Assembly (NCBI GenBank): GCA_049999805.1
Contig: JBNGIO010006239.1
Location: 175,412 to 239,411 of the forward strand
Direction: 5' to 3'
DNA length: 64,000 nt
Origin: Folioceros fuciformis
Taxonomy: Eukaryota
In this document: positions 38,389 through 51,818 of the stretch, in pieces
Layout: each line of letters begins with the position of its first letter
How positions within the stretch are numbered: position 1 is the first letter of the stretch
The notes under the pieces: generated by a model
The model's database searches: none
Told to the model about the DNA's origin: nothing
What the model saw: only the letters and a program-made list of their open reading frames with translations
Position numbers and translations under genes: made by a program

Positions 38389-41300
38389 TCATTCTTTAAC
38401 GTCCTCGAGCAACGCGAGAGCGGCATTTCGGCCAGCACCGCCCATGACTCCACCACCGGGATGAGCACCAGCACCGCAGAGATAGAGTCCCTTCACGGGT
38501 GTCCTGTAAGATGACCTGCAACCACATCGCAGCAAGATTTAAGCGAGGGTGGACGAACTGTGGTGTCCTGGCACATAACTCAAAGGAGGTGCCTACCATC
38601 CCTTCACCGGTCGAAGCAGGAACACCGCATCCAGTCCCATAGCCCCATGGAATATGTTGCCTCCTGGTGAGGTGCAACAGGGTCAACATGACGTAGGGTA
38701 GAAGAAACCTTTGGGGGTGTGGAATGACCAAGTGTTGCACCTGTGAGACCGAAGATTCTCTCAAGATCTGGCGGTGCCAGCATTTCGTAGCCGATGATTG
38801 AGGACTTGAACCCTGGAGCGTATTCCTCAACTAAATCGAAACATCGGTTTGCGAAACTCTCCTGCAAAAATGTGCACCTTCAGTACCTCTGGATATGGAA
38901 AAGGACTTCCAGGACCAGGTCCGGAAACAGCTATGGCACTCACCCTTGTGGCTTCTTCTTTCCAACTACCTTCCTTGAGCTGGTATGGGGTGTACTGTAC
39001 GAACATGTTAATGACATGCTGCCCTGCAGCACAGTGGCTCGTTATCTACTGATGGTGTTCAGGAGTTCGTGTGGTGTGATTTACCTGGAGGACTGATTGT
39101 CTTGTCCAGAACGGAGGGGATGGTCATTTCAATCAAGGGCCTAGTTGAAGGCTGCCCTTTTAGTGCATCCTTGTACGCTTCTTCGATGTGCTCCATACTG
39201 AATACATTCATCACCAACCAAAGAAAACTAAGGCAACAAAGTACGAGCAATGAGAAACTGAAAACTACTGCAGAACCTTGTTTTGTGCCTTTTCAAGTCG
39301 TTCACGACAGCATGACATACCAGTCAGCTCCCAAGTGTATGGTTCCAAAATGCTCAGGCCCAGGCTCATTATTAGAACGTCCGCAGGCTCTGAATCTTGG
39401 TAGAGCATCCACCGCCAGATTAAACTTCGTGGTTCCCTACTCCACACAAACACAACACCTTCGAGAATAACCTACTCACTTCTCGAAGACTGCCTTCCCA
39501 GAAATTTCCACAGCAGTATCTAAAACGGCAGCATAACCCGTCCTATGAATCCGTGAGCGACACACTTTTCAGGCCTTACTGATTTATAATCGATTTCTTT
39601 CAGGTCGATCTGAAACTGCTTGGGAAGAACATCGTCTCGGATAAGTTCCTGCAAAATTGTGCAGATACGTCATGGCACAGCTAGTCCCCCCTCTAACATG
39701 TAGCTGCAAAAATAATGCTGCGACGACAGCGTGTGAAGCGTCGTTTTCAAGCTCTACTCACCAAAAAAGTGACAGTAGGCGTGGCATTAGAGAGCACATG
39801 TTTCGCCCTGATTGGTGTACCATCCTCCAACAGGAGCTGACCGAGACATGAGGCAAGTACTTCACATTCGATAGCCATTCATGGAGGCATCCTCCTCGGG
39901 CACTCATGCCTGCAAGTTCTGGCAAGAGTAGAACAAAGAAAACTTACCCCGGAAACGAAATGGGTGCTTCCATCGGTCCCTCTTGCTTCCTCTGTCTGCA
40001 AGCTCTTGACCTGCAACGGACAGGACTTCAGGACACATTTGCCATCAACCTGACAATGCAGATTTCTGGAAGGTTAGGATAGCCACATACCTTTGCATTA
40101 GTGACCAAAACTGCTCCAGCCCTGTATGCAGACTTAGCTATTGCCGTAGACACAGCCCCCATCCCACCTTCCACAAACCTGGGTAACGGAATGTGCACAC
40201 TTCAGCAAGCTGATCCTGCCTATACTCTACTAACAATCAAATCCACATCATGGAGCCTCCAGGGAGCTCGATCCCCGCTCCACTGAACCCCTATTCATGG
40301 TGAAATGGATTGACTTACGACCATATCCCGCGATCCCCATTTGTCTCACCCATGACATGATGCAACAACACATACCCACTGCCTGGGGTATCAACACCTC
40401 CCTGAAGCCAAACCCATCTGTGGCATTACTCTACCCACACCCATCAAGACGAAGGGCTACACCATCATGCTACACGCTATTGAGCAAGTCACTACATCAT
40501 ACCATGGCCCCAATAACAGCATCTGTTGCAATCGTCGCTTTCAGCACGTCTGACTGCAGATACCACAAGGTAGTTGGCCTCCGTTAGTAGATGTACCAAG
40601 CTTTTAGTGCTACCATCATTATAACGAGTGCTATGCAATTGCAGGTTACCTCAAACCAACGATTGAGCACTTTAGAAGCTGGGGCCAGAAGAAGCTCCAG
40701 AAAGGCACTGCACAACATTGAGCAACTATAACTGCATGTCGCTACACTTGCGCGCGTGAATAGAGCTCTCAGGAGCAGTTGGTGGTGACTGTACGGGGAA
40801 GACACATTTGTACAGGAAGATTACCAAGGATGTTTTGTGGTGAAAATGCACGTACGCTATGTCTTTCTGAGGTAAGGCTGACACACGTCGAAGCAGAAGG
40901 GCGAACATCTTCAGCTTGGACCACCCATGGCGCAGTGATTGCCTCCAAGCGGTGCTCCTGTCTCTGAACTCTGGGGGAATGACATCCAAAAGAGGTTCTA
41001 CTACTGTGCAAAATCTTTCCAGCTGCTCTGCATACCTGCAAAATAAGTACGTCATCAGTAGAATGATAAACGAGAAACCGGCATATGTGCATTTTGCTTC
41101 CCCAAGGACACAGAAGGCCTACAGGGGATAGGCTGCAGCATCCCGTTCAGAAAACTTGGATATCTGTGCATGATTTAATTCTGGGTCAGGACCCATGAAC
41201 AGATACTGTCCATCCACTGTGGGGGTAAAAGACGATGGATTCCTAGGCAATAGCTTCAGGCCATTGGCAGTAAGGTCCAGATCCCTGCAGAAGGAAAGTG

Positions 41301-41936
41301 TGCATGTCAATGGTTCACGCAACCCTGAAAAATATAAGGCATCATGATCCAATCATAACTCCTTGCAACTTTGACCGTCACCTGACAACCTGAGGTCGAA
41401 GAAGGCTTTGCAGATAACTGGCTCTAGAGAACTTGAAGCCTGGGACTATTTCTTCTGTCACAGCTGCACCGCCCAGTACATGCCGCCTCTCCAGGACCAG
41501 AACTTGCAGTCCTGCTCGAGCCAAATAGGCTGCGGCTGTCAGCCCATTGTGCCCACCACCAACCACCACAGCATCCCATGTTCTGCAGGCACCCTGTGGG
41601 TGAGTACACAATCTGCAAGGTATTGCGCTCTACTACTCACAAGGCCTTCACACACAGTTTCCTGCTAAATCTCAGCTGCCCAGCTTCTCCCACTGTACCA
41701 AGGACAGGCCAGCATTTCTAACCAGCGTCCACATGGCATGCAAACTCACAAAAAACGGTTACAACCAAGTAAACAAAAATAGGCTACGGCAACCGCAGTC
41801 CTTGACACCACAGCTGGAGGCGAGCCTTTTACCTCTCACGGAGGAATTGTGTTCCATGAACCTTGGCATCGGTAAAGAGATAACGGGAGCCCCGGTTTGC
41901 TGGGCACACAGCCCTCCTGCTAGCCCGTAAAAGCAT
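38389..41936 (-). CDS. FAD-dependent oxidoreductase, PYROXD2/phytoene-dehydrogenase-like; multi-exon, 5' end uncertain
   Basis: [23 protein letters not shown]...[101 protein letters not shown]. Candidate start [12 protein letters not shown] at 41936 looks like a presequence. Confidence 0.9.
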
Positions 41937-44900
41937 CACTAGTATTCTGCGGCCTGGCTCCTCAAATCCGGGCTAAGAGCACAGCACGAGACACGTACAA
42001 ACGTTGGTTTCCTTATTTCTGCTATTTCCTGTAACTACTTCCATATGGCGATGGACGAGCTATGCACAAAATGGACGAAAAAGAAGCAGAATCATGAAAC
42101 CATGAATGTCTCTGGATGCTGTTGGTGTACTCGGTACCGACCGTCGTGGGACCGTGGTTCGTTGAGCAGGGTATCAACAAAACCATTCATTATTTATAAA
42201 AACAATTATTGTTTAATATCCATCACAAAGATAAAGACAAGTATTTGATGCCATCAGAGCTTGCATCTTATAGCCTTTCTGGCGATGCAGGTAAGCTGGT
42301 TGTCGGGCTTCTGGCAGTCGGGTGGGAGAACATGGCAACGTTCAGAACTCAATGGAGGAGGGAGGAGAGGATGATAAGAGGAGACGTGATACGGCTCCGT
42401 ATGTATTTGCCTGTCAGCTCATCACTGTGACCCTCTCGGAATGCGGCCCATCCACTCCCAGAGCATTTCCGTGAATCCTGTCCGCTCTGCTGCGGAAGTT
42501 CAGAGTGGAATGATGTCCCGGCCTGTGCGTGTCTGGCGTTACAGGACCCCCGTCAGGCCGATGAAGTGTGTGAGCCCTAGGTTCTGGTTCAGGCTTGTCA
42601 TGACGTATGTACCAGAGTCGGTGTGCAGATCCCGGCGGTGTGAATGGAGTCTGAAAGCTAGGAGGCTGGTTAGTGTAGAGCTGGCGGAGGTAGCCGACTC
42701 CTGCAGGCTGTCACGCCTCCGCCACTACCGAGCTGTCAGCAAAACTTGCAGGCTCGGTCTTGGTGCGTTGTTGTGTGGTGTGCAATGTGCGTGATTCTCT
42801 TTCTGTAGTACACCCGCAATTCCGTGTCCGAGCTGGAAGAATAAAATGCGGAATCGACTTGCTGTGAAACAGAGCCGAGCTATGTGCTACCTCGGCAACT
42901 GCACGTAAGCCATCCGATCCGTTCGCATTAGCGAGCTCTTAATTGACATCGAGCCTGCACATTTCTGTGTCGGAGGAGGTTGAGAAACCAAATAGTGTTG
43001 GATGTCGGCCAAAAGTTGGCATCTGCCTCTGGCTGGCATCAGCCTTTGGCACCACCACAAGGTACTGAAGGCAGAAATGACATCATCAGTCATCAGGGTT
43101 CCGAGAGGGCTGCACAGACGAGAGCATTCGGCTGCAGAGTGAACAGCATTTGCAGTACGAAGTAGTCAGTAGCGAGTAAATCAATTACTTTGGTCCGGAT
43201 GATTCACTTGATCTCGTCTTCCATCGCACGCCAGTGTGGAAAAAGTCCACACAGAGATTGAAGGTACAACGCAAGGGCAAGCCCAAGGTGCGTAGGTGGA
43301 AGTGAAGCCAGAGAAGGTTCAGCCTGATGCGAAGGGGCGGGGCAGAACCAGCTTGGTGTGGTTCCAGCCTCACCATGCGTGCTTTGATGCGGACAAAGCC
43401 AGTTACAGTCCTTGCACACGTGGTCGTATGATCGTGCCTCCCGCTTTCCACCATATTCTCCGATTCCAGCCCCGGGCTGCAGGCTGTCCGGAGTGCCTGC
43501 ATGCCCCTCGACCTGTCGACCATGTGCCGATCTCGCCCGCCACACACCTTAATGCAGATCACCTGGGCCTCGTTGCCAACCAACACATCGCAATTTACAT
43601 ATGTGTACAAAGCTCTTCTTGCTGTATGAATTATCTGCATTAAAAAACTCTCGCTCTGTCCATGAACAGAAGCCCTCCTCCATTGGTCGGATCCACGATG
43701 CTTGTGGTCACAAAGCCTCGGCTGTACGGGGGGAGTGGGCTCCACGGAAACTCCTCCCCGCTCTTCTCGACACGCCTGTTCGCTGTTTCCTGCGGCCAAC
43801 AGGAAGGTTCTGAACTGCGAACGTGCGTGGCAGCGACTTCCCTACCAAAGTCTATGTGACCTGCGTTCTCGGAGCAAGACTGTAGGATAGATAAAAGCAC
43901 GGATTTACACATACTACATGCACATACGTACCCCACCTATTAAGGTGTAGATAGAGGCGCCGGTCGCGGAGCCCTAGAATGAACAGCAGGAGCCGTCCAG
44001 CTACCCCAGTGGGACAATAATTGGGGGCCGTGTAGCGTCTCTCCCCCGACTCTCCGGTGGTACGCTGTATCCAATTCCGTTTCTCCTCCGACCTTGCTAC
44101 ACAATGGACGCGTTGTCACTTTGTCGAGGTTCCAGGCCTTGCAGAAATCGCGTACCCGGAGCCCCTATTACGTACTGCTGTAGCAGGCCGGCTGATCAAT
44201 ATCCACGGGAGATCTTGCTCTCAAACAGGACTTGTCGCGATCAAACTCAACTTGCCGTGTTCAAATTCTAAGAGCATTTGCCGTCCATACATGCATGCCT
44301 ACCTACCTACAGGCAGGTGCCCATTGTGTACAGCACGCCGGTCACGCAATAACCGCATGGGAAAAGAAAGACGCAAGATATCAACGTGTATCCAATTCCA
44401 AGATGTGAAGGTCGCAAGCGTAAGTGAAATGTGTGAGAAGGCAAAGCACGCCTAATCGAGCTCCCACGACAACGCAAAGAAGGTTAAGAGCAAATGTAGG
44501 TACACGAACATGCAGGTTCGGCTGGTACAGATCGGGCTCGGGGATGGCTTGGTGGAAAAGGAGACGGGGACAGCCGATGGATGACGCTTGCAGCTGGAGG
44601 ACAACTCTTTGGCTTAAAGGAAGCGTAGGCGTTTGTACACATGGACACTCCACACGGTGCACTTCACAGGGTGCCTCTGTCCCCGCCACTGCCTTTGCTT
44701 GATGACGCTGAGGAACGACAGGGGAAAGGCGAAGGGGATGATTCTGACAGGCGGGACGGTGGGGACGTGGGAACGGCTCCTCCGTTTCTTGGAGCAGGGA
44801 CAGAGAGACAGGCCTGCAGGCGGGGCAGCATGCGCTTCCCTTCATCTCAGGCTTCCTTCCTCACCTGGACAACGCAGCATCCCTTCGTCCTCACAAGCGC

Positions 44901-45148
44901 GGCGTGGCCCGCGGTGACGAATGCCACACACGTGAGGCCGTCGGAGACTCAGCAAACGAGGCACGAAACCCTAGGAATCTGGCAAGGGCAGAGGCAGGGC
45001 GAGCCGCCGTCAGTGGCAATGATTTTGACCAGGCTGGGCCCGGCGAAGGCGTTTGTTTCCATTAATGGCCCGGCCCGGCCTGTCGTTGGACGTGGGCAGA
45101 GCTGGGCCACCGAGTGGCCAGGGCCGGTCAAAGCAGCGCTGTGGCTTA

Positions 45149-45342
45149 GTTAGGTGTGCCAACCGGGACTCTCGGCTCCGAGCCAGCCAGGCTGTGGCAA
45201 ATTATTGATGCCCCGGCCGGGCACTCAACGGGACCAGCACCCCGCGCCCGACCCGGGCAACGGAAAGGCGCCCCGCCCGGTCTGGGCAATGAATGAGCCA
45301 CCCGGCCCTGGACTCCTCCTGATTGCAGCGCCGAGCTTATAA
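45149..45342 (+). promoter_or_regulatory. Putative PAL proximal promoter with AC (R2R3-MYB) elements and a TATA-like box
   Basis: GTTAGGT at 45149-45155 (ACCTAAC on the minus strand), CCAACC at 45159-45164, and TTATAA at 45337-45342, ~190 nt upstream of the ATG. Confidence 0.5.
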
Positions 45343-45530
45343 GCTCCCTGTGCCCCGCCCTCTCACCATCTCCCCGAGAGCAGCTCCCTCGGGTTGCGGC
45401 AGCGGACCTCTCCCCGACGCTTTCGTCGCCGTTCCGACTCCCTCACCATTCCGCCGGCTGCCTCGCAGGATCTCGCTCCTCACCACAAAACCCGAGGGGA
45501 GCAGCCACAAGAGTCGAGGCGTGAGGCAAT

Positions 45531-48097
45531 ATGGTGGCCAACAAGCGCGTCAAGGTGGTGGTGGAGAATGGCAGTGGTCTCGGCAGTCGGAAGGAGGATA
45601 TCCTCCTCCAGCAGCACGACCCTAGCGTCAACGGATCCGGGCAGGACCATCACATGGATACCGCGGCCGTTATCCCCAAGTTCTGCTTCGAGCGCGCCGG
45701 GGGTGAGATCGTGCACGATCCGCTCAACTGGGTGCGCACTTCTGAGACCCTGGAGGGCAGCCATCTGGACGAGGTGAAGCAGATGGTGGAGTTGTTCTAT
45801 GGCTCCGACGAGGTGGCCATCGAGGGGGTCAATTTGACTGTCGCCCAGGTGACCGCCGTCGCCCGCCGCCCCAGCGTGAAGGTCCGCCTCGATGTTGAGG
45901 CCGCCAAACAGCGGGTTGACGAGAGTTCCAGCTGGGTGCTCTCTAACATGGCGAAGGGCACTGACACCTACGGTGTTACTACGGGTGCGTTGCAATGCCA
46001 CTATCGTTCAGTTTTTGCCGCCCTGGTGTTGGTGCTTTCGGAGGTGCTGCAATCAGGGTGCTAAGGATTTGGGAAGCGGTGCTGTCGACGCAGTCAATTC
46101 TGCTCTGATTGCCTGGCTTGGTTGACGGGTGGTGTGTGTGTTCGCTGTTTCAGGATTCGGGGCCACCTCGCACAGGAGGACGTCGCAGGGGGCAGAGCTG
46201 CAAAAGGAGCTCATCCGGTTTCTGAACGCAGGGGTTTTTGGGAAGGGAGACGGTAACACGCTGCCAAGTACGGCGGCTCGCGCAGCGATGCTAGTGCGGA
46301 CCAACACGCTGCTGCAGGGGTTTTCGGGCATCCGGTGGGACATTCTGTGTGCCCTGGAGAAGCTTTTGAACGCTCACGTGACGCCGAAGCTGCCTCTGCG
46401 GGGGACCATCACGGCGTCGGGGGATCTGGTGCCGCTGAGCTACATTGCGGGGTTGATTACGGCCCGTCCTAATTCCCGCTGCTTCACGGCCGAGGGGAAG
46501 GAGGTGACTGCGGAGGAGGGGTTGCGCATTGCCGGGGTAACTGAGCCTTTTGTGCTGCAGCCCAAGGAAGGGTTGGCCATCGTGAATGGCACGGCCGTGG
46601 GGGCCGCCATGGCCTCCATGGTCTGCTTCGACGCAAACATCCTGGCTGTCATGGCGGAGGTTATGTCGGCTTTCTTTTGTGAGGTCATGAACGGTAAGCC
46701 TGAGTTTACCGATCCCCTCACCCACAAGCTGAAGCACCATCCAGGCCAGATGGAGGCTGCCGCCATCATGGAGGTGAGCATTGGTGCAATGCACTCGCAC
46801 TATTTGGTTGAGACATTCTCTGAGATGTGGCGAAATTCGAAAGATTTTCCAGTCTTTCTTGCTCGTCGGTTTTATGTTCCTGAATGTGTCCGTGTCTCTG
46901 CAGTGGGTGTTGGATGGAAGTTCCTACATGAAGCTGGCAGCAAAATTGCATGAGACGGACCCTCTCAAGAAGCCAAAGCAGGACAGGTATGCTCTGCGGA
47001 CCTCCCCGCAGTGGCTCGGGCCGCAAATTGAGGTGATCCGGAACGCGACCCACAGTATTGAGAGGGAAATTAACTCCGTCAACGACAACCCGATCATCGA
47101 CGCAGCCCGGTCCATCGCTTTGCACGGAGGAAACTTCCAGGGGACTCCCATCGGAGTGTCTATGGACAACATGAGGCTGGCGCTGGCGGCCATCGGGAAG
47201 CTCATGTTTGCGCAGTTCTCTGAGCTGGTGAACGACTATTATAATGGGGGTCTGCCGAGCAATCTGTCGGGTGGGCCAAACCCGAGTTTGGACTACGGAT
47301 TTAAAGGGGCTGAAATCGCCATGGCCTCCTACACGTCGGAGCTGCAGTTCCTGGCTAATCCGGTGACGAACCATGTGCAGAGTGCGGAGCAACATAACCA
47401 GGATGTGAATTCGCTGGGACTGGTGTCCGCCAGGAAGACGGCCGAGTCTGTGGAGATTCTCAAGCTGATGACAGCCACTTACCTCGTCGCTCTGTGCCAG
47501 GCTGTGGATCTGAGGCATTTGGAGGAGAACATGGTCGCCGCGGTGAAGAAGACGGTGTCGTTGGTTTCTAAGAAGGTGCTTTCCACTGGCAGCAATGGAA
47601 CTTTGCTGCAGTCCAGATTTTACGAGAAGGAGCTGCTGTATGTGGTGGAGAACCAGCCTCCTTTCACCTACGTGGACGATGCTTCCAGCCCAGCTTACCC
47701 CCTGATGCAGAAGCTGCGGCAGGTGTTAGTGGAGAAAGCTTTGAAACCTCCCAAGGAGCTGGAGGCTGACGAGAGGCTGACTTTGTTTCAGAGAATTCCT
47801 CTGTTTGAAGAGGAATTGGTGGCAGCCCTGGACGTTGATGTACCGGCTGCCAGGGCGGCCTATGACAAGGGGCTGGCTACCTTGCCTAACAGGATACAAG
47901 AATGCAGGACGTACCCGCTCTATCAGTTCGTGCGGTCAGAGCTGAACACCGAGCTGCTTTGTGGCCTCATCAAGAACGGCTCTCCAGGCTCTGACTTCGA
48001 GAAGGTGTTCGATGCAATTAGCGATGGCAAGCACATCGCCCCCCTGCTGAAGGTGTTGGAAGGATGGCAGGGAACTCCTGGCCCATTCGAGGAATGA
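45531..48097 (+). CDS. PAL: Phenylalanine ammonia-lyase; exons 45531-45984, 46154-46773, 46904-48097
   Basis: [22 protein letters not shown] (Phe at the specificity site, i.e. PAL rather than TAL), MIO motif [50 protein letters not shown]. Confidence 0.97.
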
Positions 48098-49404
48098 GAT
48101 GATCCGTCTGTTCTGCTGTTCTTCCGTCCACACAGTGACAGAATAGAAGGTGAGGATTGTCTAGGACGTGCAGCAAGGGATTGATTCAGATGGTGAGATG
48201 GTCGGAGCGATGGACGAGAGGAGTGGTGGGTCTGCCTTCCTCCCATTGTATATCCTGTAAAGTAGCAGAAACCTACCACACAGTTCGAAATGGGCTGTCA
48301 GCAACATGAATGGATGTCGCAAATTTGAGGCGTAGCAATGAAGAGGAGGAGCAGAATGGTAGTAATCGCCAAACATGATTGTTGCAATGATTTTTTATAA
48401 TAGACCGGGAGGTAGGTAGTTACAATTTATAGTACGCAGGACCAGTAATTCTTGACATAACCCTCTTCCAGTTAATGCTTCCAATTTTGTTCCCAACATC
48501 GTGTTGGTGGTCTTGTCCATTCGTTGAAACGTTTGTGACGACAAGTAAAACTTTCTTTCACTGCAGAGCAAACAGGTCAGCACACTGGTAAGCTACAACT
48601 GAAATGAAAGATAAACAGACGGAGAATGTATACCTCACGCCGATACGAATACAAAAACGAACAATGTTGGGCAAATTCTACACCACAATCATACAAGCAT
48701 AAGAACAAAAGTGCACTGATAGAAGATAAAAGCTAAAATTTGATCACCTCGTTCTCAAAAACCTTTCACAGTAGGAGCACTTGTCCATTCCGTTCTTATA
48801 ACAGTCTTTTATCATATCAGCCCTGGAATGTCTGTTTTTTTTTATCATTTGATGAGTTCACTCATAATGTTGTGAGGGCATCTGATGAATTCACTTATCA
48901 CTTCCTGTTCCTATCAGCTGTGACGACTTATCGTGTAAAACGAGAGGCAGGCAGAGGAATGTCCGAAGTACGGTAAGGAGACAACCGACCCTCTGATGTC
49001 CCTGAAAGTTTACAATTGAAAAAGCAGTGGTGACATGCGCTTTGCAAATTGCACTTTCACCAACAACAATCAAACACGATGCTTGAGTCGGAGACGTCCT
49101 TAAGCAGAGGCTTTTGGAATCCCAAGAAATTTGTTGTCCTCCTCTTTCCAGAGATGCCGGATGCAGCTCCCTTGGCCACATTGCTGGCTACAGTCATGGC
49201 CACACGGCCAGGTGTTGCAACAGCGAAGGGGTGAAAATCCTTATGAAACAAGGTGGAATGCAAGGGGACTGAACGAGACGCTCTCTCGGGGGGGCTGGGC
49301 TGGCATGGCTACGCTTGGGCTGTGATGTGATGTGATGTCTGACATCTTCATGATACAAAGCTCCAACAGCTCGCCATAGCTGGGAGACGGGCAATCTCCA
49401 ACAT

Positions 49405-49944
49405 TCACAGATTCCTGTGCTGCTGCCCAGCAGCATCACCCGATTGAGCACGATGCTCCAACACATTCCCATTTGGTTTGTCGCAGCAGCGGCGCCCGTT
49501 GCTGGCGCGGTGGAATTCAGGGTTCTGCTTCCACGCCGACCCCTCCTCGTAGATTTCCTTCTTCCAGATGGGCGCCGATGCCTTGAGCTGGTCGATGACG
49601 AACTGGCAGGCCTCCAGCGCATCCTTCCGGTGCACCGACGACACAGCGATGAAGACGCTCTCCTCCCCGACTGGCACGACCCCGATTCGGTGCGCCACCG
49701 CCACGCCCACCAGAGCCCACGCCTTCCGAGCCTGCCGGCAGATGCTATGCAGCTGCCGCGCCGCCATGGGCGCGTACGCCTCGTACTGCAGCTCCACCAC
49801 CTTCTGGTTCTCAAACGTGTCCCGCGTCGTGCCGTGGAACGTCACCAAGGCCCCGGCTCCGGGATCCCGCACCGCGTCCACGTACTTCCCGCAGTCCAGC
49901 CGCCCCTCCACAATTTCCACCAAATCCGCCCGCTCCGACGGCAT
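49405..49944 (-). CDS. CNX6: Molybdopterin synthase catalytic (large) subunit MoaE/MOCS2B, 179 aa, single coding exon
   Basis: GALVTFHGTTRDTF, LQYEAYAPMA, HRIGVVPVGEESVFIAVSSVHR, IDQLKASAPIWKKEIY. Confidence 0.93.
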   Translation of the reverse strand: MPSERADLVEIVEGRLDCGKYVDAVRDPGAGALVTFHGTTRDTFENQKVVELQYEAYAPMAARQLHSICRQARKAWALVGVAVAHRIGVVPVGEESVFIAVSSVHRKDALEACQFVIDQLKASAPIWKKEIYEEGSAWKQNPEFHRASNGRRCCDKPNGNVLEHRAQSGDAAGQQHRNL

Positions 49945-50549
49945 CTCTGTCGCTGTGCTCTGCGCAGCAACCACAAATTCCCACCATCCAACATCAGAAC
50001 CAGCCCCAGCCCCGCGCCCTCCTCTATCACCATCTCCGACTTTCCCCGGGCAAGGGCGGCAGGAGAAAAACAAACCGCACACCGCACAACGCACCTGCGG
50101 CTCGACAACTGCAGCTCTCACCAACACTATCCACGGCCGATGGATCTACAGCGCCCAGTCCCGGGCGCGAGAAGAAGGAACAGTCGATGCTCAGCCAGTG
50201 CTTTCTCTTCCCTGGCCGGCCGGTCAAATTTGTCTCCCGGTTTAGCCTGGCGCGAAGAGCCGCGAGCACAGTCCAGCCCCCCGGGCGAAGCTTGTGGAGC
50301 ACGGAAGCGCCAGATCTCGGGATGCGGCGCCTCGCTCCCGCCCGCCCGCACGGCTTGGCTTGGCTTGGCTTTTCCCAGGTTCACGCACCGCGTGTGAAAG
50401 GTCCTACAGGGACACTCACAGTCACCTGTGGTTGGAAGGAAGGAACCGGGAAGGGGATGCGGCAAGAAGGATTTTGGAAACTCCTGCCGCTGTTGCGGGT
50501 GGACTGAGCCTCATCGAGCGCATCAAACCTCTCGTGCTGGGACGAGAGG

Positions 50550-51818
50550 ATGCAGGCTGCAGTGGGCCGCGGCGGTGGCGGTCTGAGGTCTCTTCCGCGA
50601 TGGAGCCCACCCGCTGCGGCCCGAATCGGGCGGCTGCGAGTGCGGGAGCTCCGGGCGGCTCAGGGCTCGCCTCCCGAGCTCCAAGTCTCCGTCTTCCGGT
50701 TTACTCTAGGTCGATGCCGGGCGGGTTGTTGGAGCCTGCAGGTGATGCAGCTGCGGCTCACCCGATGCGGTTGCGACTGCAGGGATCCCGGGGTTCGATG
50801 ACTCCAATCTGCCGGCCCTCGCGGGGCTGCTCTTCGGGGGCCTGCTGGTGGCCAACCATGTGGCCTCGGCGGACTTCGTGTCGGATGCGCAATGGGTGAG
50901 GGGTTTGGGCTGGATTTCGAGTTCTTGCAGGAATGACCGGGGATGTTTTGTGTTGGGCTTGTCTCACGCCAATCGGGGGTGGGGAGTGTTTGGCAGAGGA
51001 CGGAAGTTGTGGGGTTGGGTTTAGCTGGCGTAGCCGTTGCTCTGCCGTCTCTCGGGCGACGGCTGGATGGACCGGTTTGGCACCCGCTGCTGCTTTGTTT
51101 CTTCTGTTTTGGAGGATTTGGCGAGGTTATGGTCAGGGAGGTCTCTCGGACGATTTTGATGCTGGTGACGGTGCAGGAAGCGGCATCTGGGAAGGGTGCC
51201 ACGTCCGGGCAGCGGCAGCTTTTCGTCCTTGCTGGCACCCTCTCCGACGAGCAGAAGCTGGAGCTTGCTTGGGGTTCCTATGCCTTGTTGCAGAATTCTC
51301 GAACAGCTGCACTTGTATGTGTCTTTCATGCGTTCTTTCCGTAGAACCCTTGTGGATTCCGAGTCTGACAGTCCTGGTGGTTGGAAAATACTGCCCAGTT
51401 TGTGTTTGCGGGTGGGAAAGTCGTCTGTGCTCGGGGCTGCTGGGACATTCCTGATTCCGTGCAAGGTGAAGAGGTGCTGCTGCTACTGGATAAAACCGTC
51501 AAGCAGTCTTCGATTCCCAGTGTCACTGCCCCTGTGTGCATCTCCGACAGGCCAGGTGGCTTCTTATCTTCCTTTCACATCCGCCAAGTGTTGTTGCTTG
51601 TCCTCACGCCAGGCTCGTTGCCATGGAATGCAGAGACGCAGGAATGGGGGAAGCTCTCCACTCCCTGCAGAACCCTCCTCGTGGAGCCCTTCCACGATGG
51701 CAGCGGAGGATTCCTTGTTGCCCTCTCACATAGTTTTCGTGCATACTCCGGCAAGGACAGAGCGTGGATTGCAGCCCTCGGTCGCAAGATATGTGACGGT
51801 CTTGCAAGAAATGCTTGA
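50550..51818 (+). CDS. CCB2: Cofactor assembly of complex C subunit B CCB2/HCF208 (cytochrome b6f heme ci assembly); multi-exon
   Basis: Transit-peptide-like start, then spliced VSVFRFTL|GIPGFDDSNLP, LVANH, QW|RTEVVGLGLA, ELAWGSYALLQNS, CARGCW and AYSGKDRAWIAALGRK, matching recalled plant CCB2. Possible 57-nt in-frame intron at 51556-51612. Confidence 0.85.

Noticed and set aside
34924-48097. Biosynthetic gene cluster of PAL, quinone oxidoreductase and FAD oxidoreductase
   Set aside because: The neighbours are conserved housekeeping-type genes interleaved with PAM16, and the sequence gives no pathway logic.
49945-50300. Animal-style bicistronic MOCS2A/MOCS2B arrangement upstream of CNX6
   Set aside because: I found no upstream ORF with a MoaD-like C-terminal Gly-Gly; plants encode the small subunit separately.
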